NCBI GenBank assembly: GCA_010909165.1
Contig: VJWM01000119.1
Coordinates: forward strand, 1-64,000
DNA length: 64,000 nucleotides
Reading direction: 5' to 3'
From: Anthoceros angustus
Taxonomy: Eukaryota; Plantae; Anthocerotophyta
Made by a program: the position numbers and the translations under genes. The notes under the pieces were generated by a model. It ran no database searches. It was not told where the DNA came from and was given only the letters and a program-made list of their open reading frames with translations. Below, piece after piece: positions 12,988-25,950 of this stretch. Each line of letters begins with the position of its first letter. The first letter of the stretch is position 1.

Positions 12988-15900
12988 ATGAAAAAACAGA
13001 ACAGCCTTGCTGTTTCGTCTGTTTGCCTTTTCAGTTGCCTGGTCGTATCCGGACTACTGAATGCCCAGGTGACGCAGCGGACCATCAACGGAAAATCACG
13101 TCTCAGACAGCCGGCCCGTGTCGGGCGCTACCATCTCCATCAAAGGCACCAACCGTGCCTACACTTCCGGCAATGGCAACTTTACCTTATCGGCCCAGGC
13201 CGGTGACGTGTTGGTCGTTTCTTATGTCGGTACCAACCCCGCGAAGTGGCCATCACTGCTGCCAGCCAATACGACATCCGCATCACCCCGGTGATGCCAA
13301 GATGAACGAAGTTGTCGTGATTGGGTATGGTTCGTCGAAGCGGGCCAACCTTACCGGTGCACAGACCTCCATTTCGTCGAAAGAACTGGACCGCACCATC
13401 AACACTACCATCGAACAGGCCATACAGGGCCGTTCGGCCGGCGATGTGACCCAGAACAGCGGCCAGCCCGGTGGCGGTATTTCCGTGAACATCCGCGGCA
13501 TCAGTACCATCAATGGTACCACCGAACCACTCTACGTAATAGATGGTATCCAGATTCAGCCAGCCGTGGTCAACTACGGCGCGCAAAGTTCGGCCAACCC
13601 GTTATCGGGCCTCAACCCTCAGACATCGACAACGTACAAATGTTACAAGGCCCGTCGGCCACCGCCATTTACGGATCACGCGCCACCAACGGGGTGGTGC
13701 TGATCACCACCAAACGGGGCAAGAGCGGTGACTCGCGTTTCAACTTCGGCTTCCAGTATTCGCCCAGGCACCACCGAAAAACTGAAGGTCATGAACCTGC
13801 AGCAGTACGCGCAAATGGTCAACGAATACCACGACATCGCCGGCGGAGAAACACCGCTCGAGTTCCTGGATCCTTCGTTGCTGGGTGCGGGTACCGACTG
13901 GCAGGATGCGCTGTTCGATTATGCGCCCATGCAGAAACACCAGATCAGCATGAGCGGCGGCAACGAAAAACAACCTATTATTTATCGGGGATTACCTCAA
14001 GCAGGATGGGTAGCCATCGGGTCCGGTTTCGACCGCTATTCGGTACGCCTGAACCTCGACAATAAAGCCAAAGACTGGCTCACCGTCGGTGCCAACCTCA
14101 GTTTCAACCAGACCAATGAGAAGCTGACCACCAGCCAGGAAAATACCATCTCCAATGCGTTGCAGCTGACGCCGCAAATCCCGTCAAAAACCTCGATGGT
14201 TCAGGGTGGTGGTGATGAAACCAATGGCGCCAACCTGTTTGCACTGGTAAACCCGGTGGCCATCGCCAACCTCACCACCAATAAATACGTGCGCCGCCAG
14301 ATTCTCGGCGGGTTGAACCTAACGGCCAAGATCACCCGCGACCTGAATTTCCGCACCTCGTTCAACGCGAACGTCAACTATTCCAACGGCACCTATTATC
14401 GTCCGGCTTACAAAATTGGCTGGCGGTGAACGACCGCGCCGCGCTCGACGAGTACACCAACAACAGCCTCTATTGGAACTGGAACCAGATGCTCGAATAC
14501 AACAAGCACCGGCAACCACCAACTCAGCGTGATGGCGAGCCACGAATCGCAGGAATCGACCTGGAAAACGTCAACGCCGGCAGAACGGGTTTTCACCAAT
14601 GACATCCTCGACCTGAACGCCGGTGATGCCCTGACTTCCACCAGTGGCGGCGGTTCAGGCCCTGGTCGATGGAATCCTATCTCGGTCGCGTCAATTAATT
14701 ACGACAACCGCTACATCGTGGTAGGTACTTTGCGCCGCGACGGATCGCGTAACTTTGGTGCGAACAACCGCTGGGTACTTTCCCGCGATATCCGCCGCCT
14801 GGCGCATTTCGCAGGAGAAGTTTTTGAAGTGCCTTTATCAGCGAACTCAAACTGCGCCTCGAAACCGGTAAGACCGGTAACCAGGGCAGCAGTGCCGGTA
14901 TCTACGCGCCGCTGGTGGCCGCACCCACACCCGGTGGCACGGGCTTCCTGACCGGCAGCTTCGCGAACGACCAGTTGAAATGGAAGAAACCAGAACCGAC
15001 AATATCGGCCTGAACATCGGCTTGTTGAAAGACCGCATACAGGTGGAAGTCGACTATTTCATCAAGAATACCGACAACCTGCTGATGACCGCACCATTGT
15101 TCTGGTACATGGGCACCAATGGTACCGGGGCCGTCGGTGCACCCATGGTAAATATCGGTGCCATGCAAAACAAGGGTTGGGCTTTTTACGATCAATACCA
15201 CCAATATTTCCAATGGCAAATTCAAGTGGAGACCAGTTTCAACCTGTCGAGCTTCCGTGCCAAAATCAAACGTTTCTACCAGGAGTCGGCGCAGGTGAGC
15301 CGTACATCCTGGTGGCTCGACAACTGGACACAGCGTTCTACCGTGGGTGATGCACCGTGGATGTTCTATGGGTACATTGAAGAAGGCCTGTTCCAGTCGA
15401 TCGAAGACATCCAGAACAGTCCCGTGCCCGTCGACAACAACGGCAACCGCCTGCCGATCGACGCCAGGCCTTTGGGTGGGTGATGTGAAGTTCAAGGATG
15501 TGAACGGTGACGGCATCATCAACGACCTCGACCTCACGTATATCGGTAATCCCTCGGCCGAAGTTGTTCGGCGGACTCACCAACAATTTCTCGTACAAGG
15601 GTTTCGATCTCAGCATACTGGTGACCGGTGCTTACGGAAACGATATCTACAATTACATGGCAAAGGTGAATTCCAACCCGAACAACATCAACCTGAGCCG
15701 CAACCTGCTGGTGGAAGCGATGGATTATGCCAAACCGATCGACGACAATGGCAAGGTGTCGCTTGCCAATCCCGGTACCAATGTGGCACGTATATCACTG
15801 GGGCCCAACGGCAACTACAACCGGCCGACCAGCCGCTGGGTGGAAGACGGCCTTACCTGCGCCTCAAGAACGTTACCCTCGGCTACAACCTGCCGAACAG

Positions 15901-16109
15901 CCTCATCTCCAAACAAAAATTGTTCGCAACCTGCGCGTTTCGCTCACGGCGCAGAACCTGCTGACTGGACGAAGTACAGCGGTATGGATCCTGAAGTAGG
16001 TGCCTATATCGGTCGCGATGCCGGTGCCGACAACCAGGCCATCGGACTGGATTTTGGCCGCTATCCGCTCACCCGTGTATATGCCGTCAGCATCGGCATT
16101 GACTTTTAA
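12988..16109 (+). CDS. SusC/RagA TonB-dependent transporter
   Basis: EVVVIGYG, QNSGQPGG, IRGISTING, EPLYVIDG, ATAIYGSRATNGVVLITTKRG, GDVKFKDVNGDGII, C-terminal aromatic IGIDF*. Confidence 0.95.
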
Positions 16110-16119
16110 AACGACTGCC

Positions 16120-17737
16120 ATGAAAAATCAACCATTTTCGGATTGCTGTGCTGTTTGCCGCCAGCGGCTGCAAAAGGACTTTCTCGAACGACCGCCCACC
16201 GATACCATCGTTGACGCAAGTTTCTATAAAACCAATGAACAGGTTGGCACTTCGCCGCTGCACAGCAAAGTGTGGTTCGACTACAACGACAAAGCTTCGT
16301 TCAACCTCGGTGACTTCCGCGCGGTACCGTGGTGAGTGCCTGGAACCACCAGGACAATGTGCGCTTTACCAACGGCAATACCGTTGACAACGGCGCAGCC
16401 TGGCGTTCGTTTTCATTGTGGTGGCGCAGAGCAATATGGCCATCCGCAACATCAATACCTATGCCGGTGCCGAAGTGTCGGAGTCGGTGAAAAACAGGCC
16501 ATTGCAGAAGCACGATTCATGCGCGACGGCTTATCGTTTCTGGTGATGAACTGGGGAGCAGTGCCCATCATCGAAGACAACCAGACCCTGTTGAACGATA
16601 CCCGTATCGCGCAATACGGTGCCCAGCGTGTGGCGTTTCATCACGCGCGAATACATCGCGGCGGCACAGGATCTGCCCGAAGCACCCACCGCGCCGGGAA
16701 GGCTCACGCGCTGGTCGGCCGAAGGCATGCTGGCCCTACCACTCCTCACGCGCTCGGGGGTGGAGTCGTCGCCATCGGGTCGCAAACAGGAGTTCCTCGA
16801 CAGTGCGAAATACTATGCCGACCGCGTGATCACACAAAGCGGAGCAAGGTTGCTCGACAACTACGCCAACCTGTTTTTGTTTCCGTACGACAACAATGCC
16901 GAGTCGCTGTTTTCGCTGCAATGGGTGTATGCGCCGGGACAATGGGGTGCGCAAAAATTCATCACCGCTTATTTCGCGTACAGTTCCGACATCGCGAACG
17001 GCGATGGCTGGGTGGCGATATTTCGGCCACCTGGTGGATATTGAGCCAGTACGACGGCATCACGGCGCGCGGCACCGATAGCTGCGCGGACGGACGGTTG
17101 ACCAGCGATTGAAAGCCACCTTCATGCCGGGTTTTATTACCCGGAAATCACGCAGAGCATCGCGGGTGGCGAACAGAAACTGGTTTACCCTTTCAACAAT
17201 GCCGATTACAATTTCGTGGCCGTGAAAATACATCACGGGCAAAGCGAAAGACGTAGGCGGGCAAGCCGCGCAACAGAATTACGGGCACGATACCTATATG
17301 CTGCGCCTGGCGGAGATGTACCCTCATTTATGCGAGGCATCGCTGGGTAATGCGGCGGAGACCTATGATGGAAAGGCAGTGGATTATTTCAATGCGGTGC
17401 ACATGCGTGGGGCTTCCACACAGCGGTGATTCGCTCACGGCAGATATGATCCAGCGCGAAAGGTTTATCGAATTCGCGATGGAAGGGCAGGCCTGGTACG
17501 ACCTGGTGAGCATGCATTATTACAATCCCGAGCGGGCGTACAGCATTGAATGCGCAGGACCGCGGACTGTTCGCCGCCATTCCCGACCAGTTCCCGAACC
17601 CGACCAACTGGACCTTCGTGAAGACATCGTGGTCGACCAACCGCACGATTGTGGCGAACAGCGGCAATTTTGCTGCCCATTCTACACCTGAACTGGCGCA
17701 GGCGCCCAACCTCAATAAACCACCCGTTGACTATTAA
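16120..17737 (+). CDS. SusD/RagB lipoprotein
   Basis: ASGC lipobox, AEARFMR, WGAVPII, YMLRLAEMY, ERFIEFAMEGQAWYDL. Confidence 0.9.
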
Positions 17738-17754
17738 AACGATTGTAAAGGAAA

Positions 17755-18888
17755 ATGATCAAATTACTCACGGTGCTGTTGTGCTGGCCATTGGTGGCAT
17801 CGCCCTGCTGAGTGCCTGTAAAAGACGACCTGCCCAACAACGGGCAGCCCGCATACGATATGTACGCATCACCGATCCGGCGGTGGCCGATTCTTTGCTG
17901 ATTGGTGCGGGTCAGGGCAACCTGATCGCCATCATCGGTGAGAACCTGCAGGATACGCGCGAGATCTGGTTCAACGACCAGAAAGCCGTTCTAACACCGG
18001 CCTATATTACAGCGAAGTCGATATTGGTGAGCGTGCCGAGCCAAATTCCGCTCGACATCACCAATAAGGTAAGACTGGTTTTTGCAAATGGTTCCATCCT
18101 CGAACACGATTTCGAAGTGCAGATCAGTGAACCGACGGTCACCAGCATGAATTGTGAATTCGTACCGGAAGGCGGAACGGCGGTGATCAGGGGCGACTAT
18201 TTCTACGAGCCGCTCACCGTCACTTTTGCCGGTGGTGTTGCGGGAGAAGTATTGTCGGTCGATGATCAGCTGATTGAAGTGAAAGTGCCTGCCGGCGCAG
18301 TACCTGGACAGGTAACGGTAAGTACCAATTTCGGTACGACGAAATCCGATTTCTGGTTCCGCGACAACCGAAACATCGTGGTGAGCAGTGATCCCTTCAC
18401 CGGCTGGTGGAACAGCAATTTCGTGGTAACGGCACTGGTGCCGGCGATCCGCCGCTGATCAATGGCAACTATATCCGCGTGCGCACGGTGGTGGCCGGCT
18501 GGCAATGGATGGAAGTGGTGGGCGGCCCGGCTACGGCGATGGGCGACATCAGCAAGAATATCCCCGACGAAGCCATCCTGAAACCTGAACTGTACAACCT
18601 AAAGTTTGAGGTGAACACGGTAAAGCCTTACAACAATAACCTCATCAAGTTCAATTTCGGGCTTACGGCCGAGAGCAACAATGGCTATGCCTGGGCGCCG
18701 CCATTCGATACACAAGGTGCAAAACCGTGACCATCTCGTTCGACGAACTGACGAAGAGTTACGGAACAACATTGTCTGTTAGTCCCGATGGGTATTGGTG
18801 TAGGGTGCTCTTCCACGGCCCCGGCGAACTGGATGCCGACATCAGTTTCGACAATTTCCGCATCGTTCCGAAAATCATTGAAGATTAA
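17755..18888 (+). CDS. Surface glycan-binding lipoprotein (IPT/TIG + glycan-binding domain)
   Basis: LSACK lipobox; IAIIGENLQDTREIWFND, VSVPSQIP, GQVTVSTNFG, FWFRDNRN, LKFEVNT, FDNFRIVPK. Confidence 0.75.
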
Positions 18889-18904
18889 TCTAACTGCTAT
18901 CCAT

Positions 18905-20163
18905 ATGCGAAAAATAATTTTCGGCGCTTCGGTGTGTTGCTCGTAGCTGCCGGCTGCACCAAAAGAGAGCGTCTCCACCGCTACGGAACTCCTGAGTTTT
19001 GGCCCGTCGGGCGTAAAACACGGCGACGAGATCCGGTTCATCGGCAACAACCTCCAACGCGTTACAGCCATCCGCTTGCCGGCATTACGGTAGAAGCATC
19101 GGCCTTCACCCAGCACAGCAATGAAACCATCACCCTGCTGGTGCCTGATGCCGCTACTTCCGGTAAAGTTTTCCTTGTTACAGCCGAGGGCGAAATCGAG
19201 TCGAAGGGCACTATCAATTTTGAAGTGCCCGTGGTGATCACGGCCATCCCGGCGTCGGCGAGACCCGGTGAAGAAATCACCATCACCGGTGAATTCCTCA
19301 ACTGGGTGGAGTCGGTCACCTTTGCTGACGGTGTGGTACAAACGCAGTTTGTGCAGCAGACGCTCAACGAGTTGAAACTGGTGGTGCCCATGATGGCACA
19401 AACAGGTACACTGGTATTTTATTCCGGTGGCTCCGAGCCGCTGACCATTGAAACCGAATCGGTGTTACAGATAGCCGTTCCGCTGGTTACCGGTATAGCG
19501 CCCAACCCCGCCGATCGCGGGCAGGAAATCACCCTCACCGGAACAGATCTGGACCTCACCTATGGCATCCTGTTCAAAGGCGTGACCGATACCATCAAGA
19601 CCTTCACCAGCAAAACCGCTACCGAAATCAAACTGGTTTTGCCCGACCGCGCCAACAAAGGTCCCATCGGCGTAGTGGCGCCTTCTGCTCGTGAATGAAT
19701 CGAAGCTGCCCTGCAAATCAATGGCGACCTGCCACCACTGGAACCATTGGCCTTTACCATCTATGGCGATGCGTTGCAGAACGGCTGGCAGAAATGGGCG
19801 GATGGGGCGGCGGTTCCAGCGACCTCAACAGCAACGAGAATGTGCGCGACGGCGAGCGTTCGGTGAAGGCCATTTTCCAGAACGACTGGGGTGCATCATT
19901 GCAAATGGGTGGCGGCAACACGGCTTTGTCGGGGTACACGCAACTCGTGTTCGCCCTCTATGGCGAACCCGGTGGCCGGCCGGGAAGTGGAAGTGTTGTT
20001 CAACAGCACATTGAATCATTCCGTGCCCGTAACCGAAGGCGAGTGGACCGAAATCACCATTCCGCTCAGTGCCTTTGGCAGCCCGCAAGCTTGAACGAAC
20101 TGTCGTTCCGCGCCAAGGGATGGGGCGGGAACCGTGTTTATTGATCACATAGGCCTGCGTTGA
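18905..20163 (+). CDS. IPT/TIG repeat cell-surface lipoprotein
   Basis: AAGCTK lipobox; repeated [24 protein letters not shown] units; C-terminal CBM-like region. Confidence 0.75.
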
Positions 20164-20164
20164 T

Positions 20165-21886
20165 ATGGTCTGTAAAATTTTCTCCAGCAGGTTTATGTAT
20201 ACACTTTTACCTGCTGCTGGCTTGTGCCAGTAGCAGATCAACCGACGCGCTGAGCCAACGCCGCCGGTAACGCCACCTGAAGATCAAACCGTGGTGCCCG
20301 TAGCCGATCCGGCTACCGCAACTACGGTAGGGTTTTTGAAGAACGCTGGTCGCCCCGCAGCTTCACCGCCCGCCTATGAAGACGTGGCACCCATCACGTC
20401 GTTCACCGCCACCGTTACCATCGATGCGTCGACGGTGATCGGGCACCCGCCAACGATTTTTGGTCACAATGCCGTGGCCTGGATGGGGCCTTCGATCAGC
20501 CAGCCAGAAGTGGTGGCGCCCGTCACCAACCTGAACCCGCAGGTGCTGCGTTTTCCTGCAGGTAGTGCAGCGATGCGTATTTCTTCAACTGAACAGAAGG
20601 CGACCGACCTGCGGATGTGCCGGAATTGCTGGTGAATGCCGCCGGGGTAAAACCGCGCCAGGCTATTGGTATGGCAGAACGCATGTCAACTGGCAGGCGA
20701 GCCTCGACCAATATTACAGCCTGCTGCAACAAAGCAACAGCATCGGTATGATCACCGTCAACTACGGCTATGCGCGGTATGGCACCAGCGCCGATCCGGT
20801 GGCAGCGGCGGCACATCTGGCGGCCGACAACGGTACGACAACGGCCGCACGCTGTATTGGGAAATCGGCAACGAGAACTATGGCGACTGGGAGTGGTTAC
20901 CGCATTGACCAAAGCCAGAACAAAGATGGCCAACCTGAATACTTAACCGGTGCATTGTATGCGCAGCATTTTGGTGTGTTTGTCGATTCCATGCGCAAGG
21001 CGGCAGAGGAGACCGGAAAACCATTTCATCGGCGCCACTTTGTACGAACAGGAAATTCAAAACTGGCAAAACCAATACGGTGAAGACCTGGAACCAGGGC
21101 GTGATCGGCGGCCTCCGCAATAAACACGATTTCCATGTGGTGCACAGTTATTTTACGCCCTACAACGAAAACACGGGCAAGGATCCGATACTGGCAGCGG
21201 CGGCGAATGTGCCCGGACAGATCATGACTTATATCAACCAGCAATTGCAGCAATATGGCGGCACACCCAAACCCATCGCCCTTACCGAATGGAATATGTT
21301 TGCGCGGGGATCGCGGCAACAGGTCAGCCATGTCAGTGGACTCTTCGGCATCATCGTGCAGGCAGAAAGCATGCGCCGGCAATTCGGTATGGCTGCGAGG
21401 TGGGACCTGGTGAATGGCTGGGAAGATGGCAACGACCATGGTCTCTTCAGCGCAGGTGATGAACCCGGTGTAGCCAAGTGGGCACCACGACCTTCGTTTT
21501 ATCATCTCTACTACCACCGGTTGCTGATGGGCGACCGCATGGTACCGGCAACAGTGGCGGGTTCTTCTGCGGTGAAAGCATACGCGAGCACGTACACTAC
21601 AGGCCAGGCCAATCTTACGCTGGTGAATACCGCTGCAACCGAGGTGATTGTTGAAGTGAAAGCTACCAATTTCAAACCGGGCAACCGCTTCTATTATTAC
21701 AGCCTGCAGGGTGGAGATGACAACGGCGATTTTCGCGGAAAGTGCTCGTGAACGGCTAGGGGCCCGCAGGTGTAGCCGGCGGACCTGCAGCATATACCGG
21801 CATAAAAGCCAATCTTCCAACACCCTCAACGGCATCAAAGTGAAAGTGCGCTGCTCGCAGTGGTGATGGCCATAGATAAAAAATAA
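20165..21886 (+). CDS. Clan GH-A-like glycoside hydrolase (GH44/GH51/GH79-related, family uncertain)
   Basis: VLRFPAGS, ITVNYG, YWEIGNENYGDWE (acid/base), FHVVHSY, IALTEWN (nucleophile). Confidence 0.75.
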
Positions 21887-21898
21887 ATACATTTAAGG

Positions 21899-23220
21899 AT
21901 GAAACGATCGCGCCGCAATTTCATCCGCCAAACGGCATTGACAGCATCTGGTCTGTACCAAAAACAGTTTATCTGCCGCCAGCTATCGCCGCATATTGGG
22001 GGCGAACGACAAGGTAAGGGTGGGCGTGGTTGGTTTCTCCGATCGTCACCGGCAATCGCACCTGCCTTGTTTCCTGAACCATTACAAAGAACTGAATTTC
22101 GACATCGTAGCCGTTTCCGATATCTGGAAACTGCGGCGCGAAGAAGGCGCAGCGGCCTGGAAAAAGAAATGGGGCACGTCGTCATCCCAATAACGAAGCT
22201 TTGTACAGTTCCAAAACGGTGGACGCCGTTTTCATCAGCACCGCCGATTTCCAGCACGCGCTGCACACCATCGAAGCGGTGCAGGCGGGTTGTGACGCGT
22301 ACGTGGAAAACCATTTGCCGAATCGATGGAAGACAACCGCGCCGCGCTGAAAGCCGTGAAAGCTGCCGGCAAAATCGTACAGATCGGTTCGCAGCGGCGT
22401 AAATTATATGGCCGCGAAAGATTTTATCGCTTCGGGCAAGTTTGGTAATGTGAATATGGTGGAACTGACCTGGAACGTAAACCAACCCGGCCGTTGGCGC
22501 CGCCCCAAAGAAGTGGCGATGCTGAAAGAAGCGGATACCGACTGGAAACGCTTTCTGATGAATCGCCCAACGGAAGCATTCGATCCCCGCAAATACCTGG
22601 AGTACCGGCTGTTCTGGCCTTATTCGTCGGGCCTGCCCGGCCAGTGGATGAGCCACCAGATCGATACCGTGCACTGGTTCACCGGCTTTACCCACCCGCG
22701 TTCAGTGGTGGCCAATGGTGGCATCTATACCTGGAAAGACGGTCGCCGCAACTGGGATACCATTACAGCTGCATTTGATTATGGCCCGGCCGATGACCCC
22801 GCCAACGGTTTCCAGGTGGTGTTTCTTCGCGTATGGGTAACGGTGACGAACACCCGCTGGAGATGTATTATTCCAACGGCGGACAAATCAACCTGAATAC
22901 CAATACGATTTCACCGGTCGGCGGGCTCACCAAAAATTTCGCCGCGGCTATGAATATGCAGCCCAACCTGTTGCCCGAAATGAAATTGCCTGAAACCGTG
23001 AAAGTGATCACGCCAATACCGGCGGCGACGCACCTAACGTCGGCGCATATCCGCAACTGATGGAATGCGTGCGCAGCCGCAAAACACCCCATGCACTGCG
23101 GGCGTGCACAATCCACCCATCGCCAACATCATGACCACGGCCGCTGCCATACCGGCATGCGCGCCACTTTCGATGAGGCGACACAGGAAGTGATGACCAA
23201 TGGCAAAATTTTCACGCTGA
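21899..23220 (+). CDS. Gfo/Idh/MocA NAD-dependent oxidoreductase, Tat signal
   Basis: SRRNFIRQT Tat motif; GANDKVRVGVVG, IVAVSDIW, AYVEK(P), VQIGSQRR, WMSHQID. Confidence 0.9.
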
Positions 23221-24140
23221 GAAAGGTTGTCCTGGTCGCGTTGACCTTGGGCATAACCCACCTGCCGAGGCCCAGCTGCCCATCAAACTGGTGAAGCAGG
23301 TCAACCGCGTGGATGTACTGGTGGGAAACAAACCCTTCACCAGCCTCTTGTACCCCGACAGCCTGCCGAAACCCGTGCTATTCCCGGTCATCGCACCCGA
23401 CGGGCAAACGGTAACCTGCGGTTTTCCGCTGGCACCCCGCGCCGACGATACCACCGATCACCCGCACCACATCGGCATCTGGCTCAACTTCGAGAACCTG
23501 AACGGGCTCGATTTCTGGAACAATTCCCATACCGGCCGAGAACAAACACCGCTACGGGTCCATCCGCGATACCAAAGTGACTGAAACCCGCGACGGTAAA
23601 AGCTGTCATCGGCTACACGGCCAACTGACGCAGCCCGATAAAGCCATCATCGTTACCGAAAAACCAGCCTGCAATTTGAGGCGAACGACCGCTACCGGCG
23701 CATCGACCGCATCACCACGCTGACGGCGGTTAAAGACGCGTTGTTCAAAGATGCGAAAGACGGCTGATGGGTTTCGCGTGGCGCGGTCATTACACTGCCC
23801 AGGGCCGATTACCCCTCAACAGCGAGGGACAGAAAGGGGATAGTGTTTGGTCGAAGCGTGCCCGCTGGGTAAGGTTGTCGGTAAAATGGGCGATGATGTG
23901 GTGTCGATCGTGATCATCGATCATCCCAAAACCCGGGTTATCCCACTTATTGGCACGCCAGAGGCTACGGACTCTTCGCCGTGAATCCATTGGGGCAGCC
24001 GTGTTCAGCCATGGTGCCGACAAACGCGACCTGCATTTAACACCGGGACAGTCGGTGCAATTCCATTATGTTATCCTGGTAGCGTCGGGTAAAGAAGACT
24101 CGACGAAGCAACGATCAACAAGATCGCTGCGGGCCTTTAG
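23218..24140 (+). CDS. PmoA/DUF6807-family hypothetical protein
   Basis: KPVLFPV, DHPHHIGIW, NGLDFWNNS, IIDHPKNPGYPTYWHARGYGLFAVNP; start codon not clearly recoverable. Confidence 0.8.
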
Positions 24141-24143
24141 TCA

Positions 24144-24759
24144 TCAATCGAACATGGTACCGAAAACGCGGTCCCACAGGGTGGTGACTTACGCCATATC
24201 CCTTGCCCTCATCTTTATAATGGTGCAGGTGGTGGTTGCGCCACAGTGGTTTCATCCACTGGAAAGGTGGTTTCAGGCATGGATGGCATAATGCATCGTA
24301 CCATAAAAGGTAACCGATCGCGAAGCCGGCGAAAAGGGAAATGCCATATAGCTCGCGTTCAGTACCCAGCCAATGGCATACATGATGCCGAGGATGGTCG
24401 ACGAAATGATCAGGCTGGGCACGGGGGCATGAACAGCCTTCGCGGTCGCGCGGTGGTATTCATGGTGGTTACCATGCAGCACGTAGATGAAACGGCGAAC
24501 GCCCGTTTGTTCCGACTCAAAGTGAAACGCAAAGCGGTGCATCAGGTTCGAAGAACGTCCAGAAGGCAAGACCGCTGAAGAAGATGATCGCCGCTTTCCA
24601 GCCCGCCAGCCTGAGGTCGACAACGGCATGGTAAATCAAAAACTGAGTAGGGGAATATACATGCCCCAGATAACCAGTGGATGTGATTTGGTGAAAACTC
24701 CAACACGGGTTCTTGAACAACCTGGCCTGTCCCTTATTGTTTATTTTTTCAAACTTCAT
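24144..24759 (-). CDS. Fatty acid hydroxylase / sterol desaturase family
   Basis: His boxes HRFAFH, HGNHH, HYAIH, NHHLHH. Confidence 0.88.
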
Positions 24760-24899
24760 TGCGCTCGCTGGTTGGGTATGTCAAAATTAACTCAAAAATG
24801 CCTGCAAAAGCACGCTAACTGATTGATTCTTGTCAGTTTCTCGCTACTCCACCAATTACAAGAAAAGATGGTATTTGTTTATTGACCGAACAGGTTATC

Positions 24900-25782
24900 G
24901 GCAAGAATTTCTGTGATGCCGGTCAAACCCTTGTATTGAGCGACTCGGACATGTTTTCCACCGCCGCCCACAGGGCTGTTTTCCGCTCACTGAAGCTGCT
25001 GACCGGGTAGAAAAAGGTCCGTATCGTAAACAGGAAAGCATCACCGCCGGAAGCCCACCAGGTTTTGTTTCTCGGTGCGGATGAACAGCGGCATGCCGCG
25101 TTCCATTTTGCGGCCATACCAGAAGTCGGCGCGCACGCCTTCGGGCGGTTCGGGATGATGGTTGAGTCGTGAATCGGTCGATATACCCCAGGCAAAACGC
25201 GTAAACGGTCCTTTGGTGAGTACGCTGTCGAGCATCTTGCGGTAATGGCATCGTTTTCCATACCGGGAACCGGCTGGTGTACCTGGTCGAAAGGCCGGCT
25301 GATTTTATCGCCAGGCGCCCAGTGGTTGGGGGCGCAGAGGTGGATGGCCGACACCCAGTCGCGGTCGTCCGTGAGCTGGCACACCGCCACGTCTTCCTGC
25401 ACCTGGCTGCACAGCGCGTCAAACACCGTTTCGTATTGGTGGCTGACCATTTCCATGCTGGTGGTGCGCCAGATGATGATCTCGGCCGTGGAGATTCTGC
25501 AACACCGTCCGGTCGCCCGAGGTCGTTAAGGTGAACCGTTCCGGGTAGTCGTCGAGCAATTGTTGGAGGATGAATTCGTTGACGGTTTCGCATGTATTCG
25601 CCTCAAAATCAGCTTTGTGCAGTATTTATGCAGGTTTTCCGGCGGCAGGCCAGTTTATTCGATAGGTAGGTATCGTTGGTCGATTTGAAAAGCAACCGGT
25701 CATCGGCATTTTCCTGGCGCGCAATCGGTATAAGTCCGGGCGCCACTGAGTAAGGGCCCTGTAGAAATGGCAGGTACTTCAT
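24900..25782 (-). CDS. DUF3445 / heme-dependent oxidative N-demethylase alpha-subunit-like protein
   Basis: QVQEDVAV, AIHLCAPNHWAPGDKI, VHQPVPG, RFAWG, LFIRTEKQ, LFTIRT. Confidence 0.75.
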
Positions 25783-25950
25783 TTTCCAATTATCGAAATA
25801 AATCTACCAAAATAGCGCCAGAAACGCCCGTTTATCGGGGTTTTTACGCTGGCACTTTCGTAGATACACAATATTTTGCCGGTATGGCAGTTTTGATAGG
25901 CGTGAAATCTTCATCGATTTATGGCGATGGGTTTCCAAGACGCTAAACCG

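Noticed and set aside
21026-22695. Long antisense or off-frame ORFs (also 26240-27988, 18685-19401)
   Set aside because: Shadow ORFs of GC-rich genes, with no recognisable motifs.
23218-24140. Particulate methane monooxygenase subunit
   Set aside because: The 'PmoA' family label is a misnomer here: a soluble secreted protein in a PUL with no pmoB/pmoC.
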